Assembly (NCBI GenBank): GCA_951406725.2
Contig: OX597840.1
Coordinates: forward strand, 30,318,001-30,382,000
Reading direction: 5' to 3'
Length of the DNA: 64,000 nt
Origin: Octopus vulgaris
Taxonomy: Eukaryota
How positions within the stretch are numbered: position 1 is the stretch's first letter; each line of letters begins with the position of its first letter. The notes below the pieces were generated by a model that was not told the DNA's origin, made no database searches, and was given only the letters and a program-made list of their open reading frames with translations. Made by a program: the position numbers and the translations under genes. This document shows positions 53,463-64,000 of the stretch, one piece after another.

Positions 53463-53504
<42 letters not shown>

Positions 53505-53520
53505 ATACACATATACATAC

Positions 53521-53631
<111 letters not shown>

Positions 53632-53660
53632 TAAATTATATATATATATATATATATGAA

Positions 53661-53976
53661 ATAACAATTTAATAAATAAAACATATGCATACATACATAT
53701 ATGTACATACCTACATCTATATGTATATATACACGCATTGAGTCGAAACAGGGGCAGCTGAAGAAGGGGAATGTTTCTTGTGTTGTATGTCTTGTACTCT
53801 GTTTTTTCGTTGTTAAAAAAAGTCCATTTCCTTGTTTGATTTTATGTTTTCGTTTCTCGTTGTGTTCTACGTTTATTTGTGGTGTCCTGTACTCATATAT
53901 GCATGTATATATACATATAGATGTAGGTATGTACATATATGTATGTATGCATATGTTTTATTTATTAAATTGTTAT
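53661..53976. mobile_element. Family H4 stub with perfect ~73-bp inverted terminal duplication
   Basis: 53661-53733 is the exact reverse complement of 53904-53976; (TA)n flanks. Confidence 0.8.
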
Positions 53977-54087
53977 TATATATATATATATATATACGTA
54001 AGATACATACATAGGGTAGCGAATATTCTTTAGAAATATCACCACCAATGGCCTAGCATGTATAAATAGTCAATAAACACATTCTTA

Positions 54088-54290
54088 ATATAAAATAGTG
54101 TACAAGAGAAAACTACCCTTTAACAGGTAATTTTTACACGCTAGAAAAAGCAGCCAAAATAACCAAAACCAACTTAAATAGCAATTGCTATTAAATGTGG
54201 TTTTGGTCATTTTGGCTGCTTCTTCTAGCGTGTAAAATTACCTGTTAAAGGGTAGTTTTCTTTTGTGTTTAAATGTACACTATTTTATAT
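54088..54290. repeat. ~200-bp spacerless palindrome
   Basis: Centre AATAGCAA|TTGCTATT at 54184/54185; arms pair with few mismatches. Confidence 0.92.
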
Positions 54291-54512
54291 ATATATATAT
54301 ATAGATAGATAGATAGATAGGTCGTTAGCTCCTACGCATATTTTTTTCTCTCCTGGTTTCTCTCCTTGTTCTTTTTCTGTGTATCTTTATGTCGAAGAGC
54401 CTAGGCTCGAAACGTAAAAGACTTTTTCTATTCCTGAGCGCTATACTAATACATTTGTTTGTTTCTACTCCACCTGCCTTCGTCTTTTTGTTTATTTTCG
54501 TAAACTTTCCCG

Positions 54513-54569
<57 letters not shown>

Positions 54570-55511
54570 TTGGATAAATTTACAACAAGGTCCAGTTTTC
54601 ATAATTTATATTACTGTATTTGAAAAAATATTTTTTTACAATGTTGAAGTGTGTTAAACATTAAAAAATAATTTTGAAATGTTCATTAAGTTCAATTAGT
54701 GCTTTCACACGTTTGTAGTAATCATCATATTTCAAACTGACAAGTGTAGTAAAATGATTGGCTTCTTCCTTTTTCATCATCATCATCATCATCATCATCT
54801 TCATCCAGTGTTTTAAATCCGGGTTCTATCCCTGTTAACAGGGGTGGCTGGATCTACCTCAATGCAATAACAACTGAGGCAGGCAAGTGCAGCCCACCCC
54901 AACCTTTGGGCTGCCTGGTGCCCAGCATCCTCTTACTGTCACCTGTGCCAGTGGAATGTGTAAAAAGATTCGAGCGAGGTCATTGCAAGTACGGCCTGAC
55001 TGGCACCTGTGCCGGTGGCACATAAAAAGCACCCACTACACTCTTGGAGTGGTTAGCGTTAGGATGGGCATCCAGCTGTAGAAACACTGCCAGATAAAGA
55101 TTGGAGCCTGGTGCAGCCATCTGGTTTGCCAGCCCTCAGTCAAAATCGTCCAACCCATGCTAGCATGGAAAGCGGACATTAAACGATGGTGATGATGATA
55201 TAATGAGGCTTTTTTGGAGCTGATTTTGAAGAGAGAACATGCTCTTGCTTACCCTCAACATCAGATTCTAGACATAATTGGTCTGAGACCAAGGCCTCTA
55301 CCACAATTTTTAAGAAATGTGGTGGCAAAGTAGCCCAAGAAGGCAGGGCCGGTACTCCCTGAGACCCCTTTTGGAGCCCCCTACCTGACATCATTCCTTT
55401 TATACATCTACACACACACATAAATTTATATAAATAAGGATAAGAACGTTACTTAAAATACCAATCTTATCAGGTGGCCAGCATGGGAATAAAAAACTCA
55501 ACGGTAATAAT

Positions 55512-55822
55512 TATTATTAAAATTATAATTAAGCATATCTAGAAATAGCAGCTTGAAATAGCAGCCAAAACTTGACTCTAAAACCACATTAAATGTTCAT
55601 ACAGCACCAGGAGAGAAGACAAAGAGACAAATTAAACAAGCAAAAAAAGTACTGGGATCTGTAATTCCAGATCCCAGTAATTTTTTTGCTAGTTTATTTT
55701 GTCTATTTTGTCTTCTCTCCTGGTGCTGTATGAACATTTAATGTGGTTTTAGAGTCAAGTTTTGACAGCTATTTCAGCATGGTGGTATCTCTTAGATACC
55801 CTTAATTATGATTTTAATAATA
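55512..55822. repeat. ~310-bp fold-back with 6-nt loop
   Basis: TACTGGGATCTG-TAATTC-CAGATCCCAGTA centre; arms 55554-55661 and 55668-55777 near perfect. Confidence 0.92.
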
Positions 55823-55916
55823 CACACATGTATAGATATACACATGTATATATACCTATATATATATATACTTATATATGTATATATACATATGCACATG
55901 TATATATACACACACA

Positions 55917-56140
55917 CGGTGAGCTGGCAGAAACGTTAGCACGCCGGGCGAAATGCGTTGCCGTATTTCATCTGCCGTTACATTCCGAGTTCAAATTCCG
56001 CCGAAGTCGACTTTGCCTTTCATCCTTCCGGGGTCGATAAATTAAGTACCAGTTACGCACTGGGGTCGATGTAATCGACTTAATCCCTTTGTCTGTCCTT
56101 GTTTGTCTCCTCTGTGTTTAGCCCCTTGTGGGTAGTAAAA
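55917..56140 (+). mobile_element. SINE-B single unit
   Basis: Family match. Confidence 0.88.
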
Positions 56141-56163
56141 AATATATATATATACAAACATAT

Positions 56164-56228
<65 letters not shown>

Positions 56229-56698
56229 CACAAACATATACATGTATATATGCATTAGGATTCAGAAACAGCATCGACCTGTTTCGAAATAGGAGCTAAA
56301 TCCCTAATATACAAATGCTGGAGCATCTTCTAGTTATATAATTTTAGTTCATGATGTCTTTATATAGGATGTAAATAGCAAAATAAGTTCATATAAGATT
56401 GACCTGAAGATTGGCATTATAATCGTTTTGATATGGTATTGTATTTAGAGACATTCTATTTCAGCAATATCTAGGAACATGTTGTCATGAAAGGTACATA
56501 GTCTTTATAATGTAAAGTATATGATTTGTAATAAGAATTGAAGGTATTAATTGTGATAATTTGGAATAAAAATTTGAAGGTAATAATTTTGATAATTTCA
56601 ATATTTAGTCCTATATGTACATATTGTGGATAATGTCATCCAATGATGATTGAATTGCTTGAGGGAGATTCTGTCTCTTAAACCTATCTATCTATCTG

Positions 56699-56729
<31 letters not shown>

Positions 56730-57871
56730 ATATAAAAACACACACACATGTATATATATATAAATGCGTAGATATATACATATGTATATATATTCATATA
56801 TGTATATACATATGTATATATATATATATATATATAGATAGATATAGATATATATATATGTGTATATTCATATATGTATATACACATATATACATATATG
56901 TATATACACACATATATAATAACATATATACATAGATATACACACGTATATAAATTCATATATATACACACATATATACATACATACATGTATATATATA
57001 TACACACTACACACACACACCCAAACACACACACACACGCACACCCACACACACTCACACACATGCACACACACACACACACACACTCACACAGTAATCT
57101 GTTGACAATTTCTCTGTGATTCTTTAAAAAGTAAATGTCATGAAGCCATGTAACTCTTCTCAGACGACCAAACAACATGTCCTCTCTCTAACAATATTTC
57201 TACAGTAATTATTTTTAACCTTAACATCATAGTTCTCTCATAACATACTGTCATAACATAGAAAAGTCTCGTTTTTTTTTTATATTTTACTTCTAATTAT
57301 TTTTGCTTTTTTTCTATAGTATCATAAGACTTCGTTCTTTGTGTGTCATTTGTAAATATATTCTGCTATCCTCTCTCGGTCTCTCTTTGCTTTGTTTGTT
57401 GTATGTGTTGTTAGTTGTCTGTCTTTGAAATACGGTGCTCTCGAGAAATATGTTTCCATTAGAAAAACCAATGCCAAGTCTCATCGTGTCTCCTGCCTAT
57501 CAAACTGATTGGAATCGCAAACTAGATTCTTAATCTGAAAGACTAACTCTTTTAGATAACCGAAATAAATACATTTACAGCAGGGTACTGGAAATTTCTT
57601 GGTTTTGGGTCAAAGAAAATACATGAGGATCAGTTAATTATGGTTTAATTCAACATATTCCCCTCTCAAATTCACACACTTATTGCAGTTGTCCTTCAAT
57701 TTTTCTGAGCCCTTTAAAAAAAATTCGGAAGGTTGGACTTCCAACTAGGCCTTTTGCAATACCCTTAAATACAGGAACTTTTCAGCACCCCTCATATATA
57801 TATATGTGTGTGTGTTCATGCATATATATATATATATATAAATATATGTACACATATACATATATATATAT

Positions 57872-57926
<55 letters not shown>

Positions 57927-57929
57927 TTA

Positions 57930-58285
57930 TATCATCATCATCATCATCATCGTTTAGCATCCGCTTTCCATGCTAGCATGGGTTGAACGGTTCGACCAGG
58001 GATCTGGGAAGCCAGAAGGCTGAACCAGGCGCCAGTCTGATCTGGCAGTGTTTCTACAGCTGGATGCCCTTCCTAACGCCAACCACTCCATGAGTGTAGT
58101 GGGTGCTTTTTACGTGCCACCGGCACAGGTGCCACGCGAGGCTGGCAATATATATATATATTATCATCATCATCACCTAACGTCAGTTTTCCGTGCTGGC
58201 ATGGGTTGGACGGTTTGACTGGGGTCTGGGAAGCCAGGGGGCTGCACCAGGCCCCAAGCTGATCTGGTAGTGTTTCTACAGCTTG
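57930..58285 (-). mobile_element. Two tandem RTE 3' UTR fragments (family D)
   Basis: Family match, each with a (CAT)n start on plus strand. Confidence 0.82.
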
Positions 58286-58750
58286 ATATATATATATATA
58301 GACACATACATACACAGTAGGGAAAAGCATGGCTGGATGGTTAAGATATTTTCTTCCCAGCCACATGGTTCCAGGTTCAGTCCCATTATGTCCCATTTCC
58401 AGAGCCCCATATCAACCAAATTCTGGTGAGTGGATTTGATAGACAGAAACCGAAGGGAGCTCCAAAAAAAAAAAAAAAAATTAATTTAACTAAATACAAC
58501 CCAAAAAAATAATAATAAGTAGGTGTAAACACATGAACAAAATAAACAAAAACAAATTACACGAATGTTTATAAACCAGAGATACAAATATTACAGGCAC
58601 TCCCCTCCCACACACACACTAACTAAACATAGACACACATAGAGGTATACGCATGTGCAAATAAAGACACAAACAATAGGAATATAAAATACAAAATGGT
58701 TGACTGTTAGTAAGGAGAGACACACAAATAAGAAAGAAGAAAGCAAAGGA

Positions 58751-58790
58751 CCACTGATGAGGTCACAGGAGTGTGACGAAAGAACACTGG
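58751..58790 (+). ncRNA. Decayed hammerhead-like motif
   Basis: CCA-CTGATGA-G-GTCAC AGGAGT GTGAC-GAAA-GAACAC-TGG; stems I and II good, stem III and UH site missing. Confidence 0.4.
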
Positions 58791-58987
58791 ATGAAATAAG
58801 ATTAAGATTAATGTAAAAAATAAATAACGCTGAAGCAAATTAACACCAAATATATAGTGCGTGTGTTTTTATTGGCTAAACTGGCAAAATGACCATTCCG
58901 AAATATAACAAAATCTGTTTCAACACACGATTTCACATAAAAAGTCTTGCACAACAAATACATAAATGTAATATATATATATATATA

Positions 58988-59391
58988 CTCTTTACTCTTT
59001 TACTTGTTTCAGTCATTTGACTGTGGCCATGCTGGAGCACCACCTTTAGTCGAGCAAATCGAACCCGGGACTTATTCTTTGTAAGCCCAGTACTTATTCT
59101 ATCGGTCTCTTTTGCTGAACCGCTAAGTGACGGGGACGTAAACACACCAGCATCGGTTGTCAAGCAATGCTAGGGGGACAAACACAGACACACAAACACA
59201 CACATACATATATATCTATATACATATATACGACAGGCTTCTTTCAGTTTCCGTCTACCAAATCCACTCACAAGGCATTGGTCGGCCCGGGGCTATAGTA
59301 GAAGATACTTGCCCAAGATGCCACGCAGTGGGACTGAACCCGGAACCATGTGGTTGGTTATCAAACTACATACCACACAGCCACTCCTGCG

Positions 59392-59393
<2 letters not shown>
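58988..59393 (-). mobile_element. SINE-A full length
   Basis: Family match. Confidence 0.92.
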
Positions 59394-59445
<52 letters not shown>

Positions 59446-59741
59446 TATATATATACACACACACACACACGCACACACATGCATGCATGTATTTATGTGT
59501 GTTACTGCCTCATTGCCATGCTGTCACATGATTGTTGTAAATGGGTGTCACTCTCATAAAAGCTGTGTCCCTCATTTTGAAATATCCTGCGTGAACACAT
59601 GTAGCCACGAAGACATATCACCTTGCTTGCAAAATAGGTGAGGGTAGGTGACAGGAAGGGCATCCAGCCATAGAAATCCTGCTTCAAATAAACTTTGTGT
59701 ATTCCGTACAAACATAGAAGAGCATACATCAAAATGACGAT

Positions 59742-60170
59742 GATGGTGGTGGTGGTGGTGGTGGTGGTGGTGGTGGTGGTTGTGGTGGTGGTGGTGGTGG
59801 TTGTGATGATGGTGGTGGTGGTGGTGGTGGTGGTGGTTGTGATGATGGTGGTGGTGGGTGGTGGTGGTGGTGGTGGTGGTGGTGGTGGTGGTGGTGGTGG
59901 TGGTGGTGGTGGTGGTGGTGGTGGTGGTTGTGGTGGTGGTGGTTGTGATGGTGGTGGTGGTGGTGGTGGTGGTGGTTGTGGTTGTGCTGGTGGTGGTTGT
60001 GGTGGTGGTTGTGGTGGTGGTGGTGGTGGTGGTGGTGGTTGTGGTGGTGGTGGTGGTGGTGGTTGTGGTAGTGGTAGTTGCGGTGGTGGTGGTGGTGGTG
60101 GTGGTGGTTGTGGTGGTGGTGGTGGAGGTGGTGGTGGTGGTGGTGGTGGTGGTGGTGGTTGTTGTTGTTG
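59742..60170. repeat. (GGT)n tract
   Basis: Direct sequence. Confidence 0.97.
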
Positions 60171-60809
60171 TGTGTGTGTGTGTGTGGTATCTCGACATCA
60201 TGTCATAGTCGTAAATGAGCATCACCAACATACAAGTGGTATCTTTCATTTCCAATTTTTTGTGAAAACACATCTCACCCAAAAACAGATGAAAGTTGGT
60301 AACGGGGAAGGGCATCCAGCCATAGAAAATTTGCTTCACCAATTTCTCTCTGACCCATGCAAGCATGGAAAAGTAGAAAATTAAAATGATGTTGTTGATA
60401 ATGTTAATAGAATCTATAAATTACTTTTTCACAATTTTTGTAGAACCATTTTCTATTCTGAAGTTGACTTAGTATTTTAATTTTCACTTTCAGAGAAATG
60501 GACTTTCTTATCTGTTTATAGTTTGACATTAGAAAAATCTGTTTTTGATCTCAAAAATATTTAACAAATTATATAATAATATAAAAATACTAATCTAAAT
60601 TAGGCATTGCTTTGGTGTTAGGTTTATCTCACCATCAAAGAACTAAAGTGAAAGTAAAATTGATGGAAAATAAAATAAAGTAAATGATGAATAATGGAAT
60701 GGTGTTTCTCCGTATGTAAATTAAAAAGAAAATTAGCCAACCTCAAACCAAAGCCATGGTAAACCATGAAAACTGAGGACTGTAAAAACCAAAGGAGAAC
60801 TACACACAT

Positions 60810-61420
60810 ATCATCATCATTTAATGTCTGCTCTCCGTGCTGGTATGGATTAAACGGTTTGACTGGAAACCATTAGCGAAAATAAGGCGGCGAGCTGGCA
60901 GACACGTGAGCACGTCGGGCGAAATGCTTAGCGTTATTTCAACTGCCGTTACATTGTGAGTTCAAATTCCGCCGAGGTCGACTTTGCCTTTCATCCTTTC
61001 GGGGTCGAGAAATTAAGTACCAGTTACGCACTGGGGTCGATGTAATCGACTTAATACCTATGTCTATCCTTGTTTGTCCCCTCTGTTTTTAGCCCCTTGT
61101 GGGTAATAAAGAAATAGGTTTGACTGGAAACTGGTAAGCTGGGGAGCTGTACTACCAGGTTCCAGTCTGATCTGTCATGGTTTCTACAGCTTGATGCCCT
61201 TCCTAATGCCAGCCACTCCACAGAGTGTGTAGTGGGTGCTTTTATATGCTACTGGCATGAGTACCATTTACATGACACTGGCAACGACCATGATTGTGAT
61301 GCATGGGTGCCATTAATATGGCACTGGCACCGACCATGACTACAGTTCATGAGTGTCATTTGCATGGTAATGACCACGACTCATGGGTGCCATTTGCATG
61401 GCACCACCAACGACTACAAT
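60810..61420 (-). mobile_element. RTE 3' UTR variant with ~45-bp sub-repeats, split by SINE-B
   Basis: Family D motifs; GTGCCATTTGCATGG repeats at 61255-61415. Confidence 0.75.
60886..61118 (+). mobile_element. SINE-B single unit; 15-bp TSD GGTTTGACTGGAAAC
   Basis: TSD at 60856-60870 and 61117-61131. Confidence 0.92.
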
Positions 61421-61441
61421 TTTATATATGTATATATATGT

Positions 61442-61751
61442 GGAGGCGCAATGGCCCAGTGGTTAGGGCAGCGGACTCGCGGTTGTAGGATTGCGGTTTC
61501 GATTCCCAGACCAGGCGTTGTGAGTGTTTATTGAGCGAAAACACCTAAAAGCTCCACAAGGCTCTGGCAGGGGATGGTGGCGATCCCTGCTGTACTCTTT
61601 CACCACAACTTTCTCTCACTCTTTCTTCTGTTGACCTGCTTGCTCAGCCAGCGGGGTGGCGTCATTGAAGGCTAAAATAATGTGAAGCACATTGTGACCA
61701 GTGATGTGTAGAAACATCTGATAGCCTGGTCGGTCACGGTGATCACGGTGA
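61442..61751 (+). mobile_element. SINE-C full length
   Basis: tRNA head, (TCACGGTGA) tail, TA flanks. Confidence 0.88.
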
Positions 61752-61753
61752 TA

Positions 61754-61789
<36 letters not shown>

Positions 61790-61829
61790 TGTATGTATGT
61801 GTGCATGTATGTATGTACGCATGCATATA

Positions 61830-62222
61830 TCTATATATATAAAGCTGAAGTTGTCTGTGTGTGGCAGGTTTAGTAACCTTCAACTAACGCTATCTCCTCA
61901 GAGACCCTGTGGTGCAAGTTGACCAAAATTGAGAGTATGATAGAAGAAGGCTTGCTCTTCCTTCCATAGAAGAAAAAATTCAAATCGGATCATGTTAACA
62001 CCAAAAATTATTTACATCAGAAAGATCCTTTTTTTCCTCTATGAAAATCCCTATTTCTTACGATTGTTTGACTGCTGTGTCACCATTTTTCGGTGTATTT
62101 CAACCAGAAAAATGTTCACTTAAAGAGAATAACAAGCTACATAATGCAAACGTTTTACTATTCAAAAATTCAAATTCTAAATGGTCGAAACAAACCCGAG
62201 CAACGCCAGGTGATAGTGCTAG
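61830..62222 (+). mobile_element. Non-autonomous Helitron, second family
   Basis: A|TCTATATATATAAA ... CCCGAGCAACGCCAGG..GTGCTAG|T. Confidence 0.85.
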
Positions 62223-62234
62223 TACTATATATGA

Positions 62235-62715
62235 TCATCATGAACATCATCCTTAAACGTCCATTTTCCATGCTCTCATGGTTTGGACGTTTTGACCAGA
62301 TGTGGCAAGCTGAAGAGCTGTACCAGTTTCCAGTCTGATTTGATTTTGTTTCTTTGGTTGGATGCTCTTCCTAATAACATCCTGTTGACAGTGTGTGCTG
62401 AGTGCTTACACAACCAGTTTTTATGTGGTGCCAGCACATGACACTTGCAGGCCAAGCCTCTTCACAAGTGGGAGTGACCTTAACATTTCTGAAAGATGGG
62501 TTTCCTTGGGTACAGCAAGACACCAGGTATCTCAGTCCTTTAGCATTTCATCTGAAAAGCTCAGCATCCTGAGATCATTCTTCTGTACTTCATTCTATGT
62601 CATCCTGTCTCTCTCTGCCACGAATTCCATCCACTTTGAGAGATAGACACTTCCTTATGCATCTGTCAGTATCCAACTGTACCACAAGACCAAGCCAGTA
62701 CAGGGTTCTCTCTTC
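62235..62715 (-). pseudogene. Old RTE LINE ORF end joined to a family D 3' UTR
   Basis: ERTLYWLGLVVQLDTDRCIRKCLSLKVDGIRGR(fs)..NDLRMLSFSDEMLKD*DTW followed by the family D tail. Confidence 0.75.
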
Positions 62716-62765
62716 TCTCTCTCTCAGTCTCTTTCCCTTTCTCTCTCTCTCTTTATATATATATA

Positions 62766-62908
62766 CCGGAGTAAACACATAAATGTGAAACAAGGTGGAA
62801 AAAAAAAGTACTCAAATACCAGAGGTAAAAAAACTGTCCGACGAACAGGAACGTGAAACTCCGAGTAACAGGTTTTGTTAAATTTTTGCTGCTTTTAAAT
62901 AAAGCATA
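62766..62908. mobile_element. (TA)n-embedded stub homologous to 6617-6760 with hammerhead half inverted
   Basis: First ~60 bp colinear with 6617; remainder is the reverse complement, containing CTGT-CCGACGA-AC AGGAAC GT-GAAA-CTC C GAG-TA-ACAG at 62834-62871. Confidence 0.75.
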
Positions 62909-62935
62909 TACATATATGTATATATATATATATAT

Positions 62936-63304
62936 ATTGGGTCAAGGAATAATTCATGAGTATTTTTTTTTCAAATTTAAAAATGTATGCAAAACTAAAA
63001 AGCATTGAAAAAATGTTTTATGTTATTTGAAAGAAAATCTTTTGGTCTATAAGATAGTGAGTTTTGATTTTTTAAATTTTATTGATTTTTGTTTATCTTC
63101 AGATTATTAAAATGGAATGTCAAGTGGACAAAACTGAGCATTTTTGACACAATTTGCTTTTTGCATTTAATCAAGGTATCAAAACCCACCGTCTTGTAGA
63201 GCAAAAAATTCTCTTTCAGATAACATAAAACATTTTGCCAATGTGTTTTATTTCTGCGTGCATTTTCAAATTTGAAACAAAATCTTAAATTATTCCTCAA
63301 CATA

Positions 63305-63308
<4 letters not shown>
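62936..63308. mobile_element. Long-TIR MITE at a TA site (Tc1/mariner-like)
   Basis: AGGAATAATT/AATTATTCCT ends; AAAATGTTTTATGTTATTTGAAAGA pairs with TCTTTCAGATAACATAAAACATTTT; arms about 130 bp. Confidence 0.72.
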
Positions 63309-63359
<51 letters not shown>

Positions 63360-63459
63360 GGGAGAATGGCTCCAAACTTACAGGGAAAAATTAGATTTAG
63401 TATTAAATCAAATTTCACAGTATAAAAATATAAAATATGAATATCTCTAATTCATATTT

Positions 63460-63506
<47 letters not shown>

Positions 63507-64000
63507 GTAGTAGTAACAGAAAAGAGGAATTTTCGATTATCCCCACGTGGTGGGTTGTAATGTATATAAGAAAATATGCACATTTACATGGTTTTAATAT
63601 ATCGACTGGTTTCGCTATCGCTATTCATGATATTATGTTTTATTTGTTTGAATATATATTTTTTCTTAAGAAGAAATTTGGTCCATGTTGTGTGTGATGA
63701 AATTCACGAGTGAACGACTTCACATATACATATATATACATACACACATATATATTATGTAATCAGTTATTATAGTGTTGGTAATGATTGATTAAAAATT
63801 TACCAAAGGTTTCACACCTACTATTGTGCTTGGCAATATATGTAACTCATCAGACCAACCTATTTATTTATTTTTTTGGTTGGGGTACATTACCTCTCTG
63901 AACCAATCCCTATGGCTCCATGGTGTATATCAGAGGCTCTCAACTATCTATTACCTCTTTCATTGCTATTTTATTCTGGTGGACCCTAATAGTCATTCAG

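Noticed and set aside
57400-57545. Possible terminal exon on minus strand (TTTCAG|IKNLVCDSNQFDRQETR*)
   Set aside because: Short, no recognisable homology, no partner exons.
59742-60170. Telomeric or glycine-rich coding tract
   Set aside because: Simple (GGT)n microsatellite expanded from a retro-tail; not TTAGGG.
63800-63856. Hammerhead on minus strand (also half-motifs at 51885, 56273 and 63600)
   Set aside because: Core strings or 3' halves present but stems I/II do not pair; at most rearranged debris.

Overview
AT-rich, repeat-saturated eukaryotic non-coding DNA; no intact host protein-coding gene is supportable. The mix of tRNA-headed SINEs, RTE/R4-Dong/CR1/Hero LINE fragments, mariner, piggyBac, hAT and Helitron non-autonomous elements and very long (TA)n/(TAA)n/(CA)n tracts points to a coleoid cephalopod, most likely Octopus (inference from recalled repeat sequences, not a database search). 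Almost all ORFs in the six-frame track are microsatellite or SINE artefacts; the real protein-like segments are transposon debris. The strongest candidate system is a set of short, mostly (TA)n-embedded elements from several families that carry minimal type I hammerhead-ribozyme motifs (CUGANGA-stem II-GAAAC-palindromic stem III-UH) of the Penelope-like-element kind. One family has a recurrent non-canonical core (A6U), one copy has its ribozyme half inverted, and long fold-backs cluster nearby. Other highlights: a U6 snRNA retrocopy fused to a SINE tail, a (TAA)n landing pad with three distinct R4/Dong subfamilies, a 5'-inverted RTE, a 160-bp satellite built from Helitron 5' ends, a decayed satellite of RTE 3' ends, and several short local inverted duplications. 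Coordinates were read by eye and may be off by a few bases.
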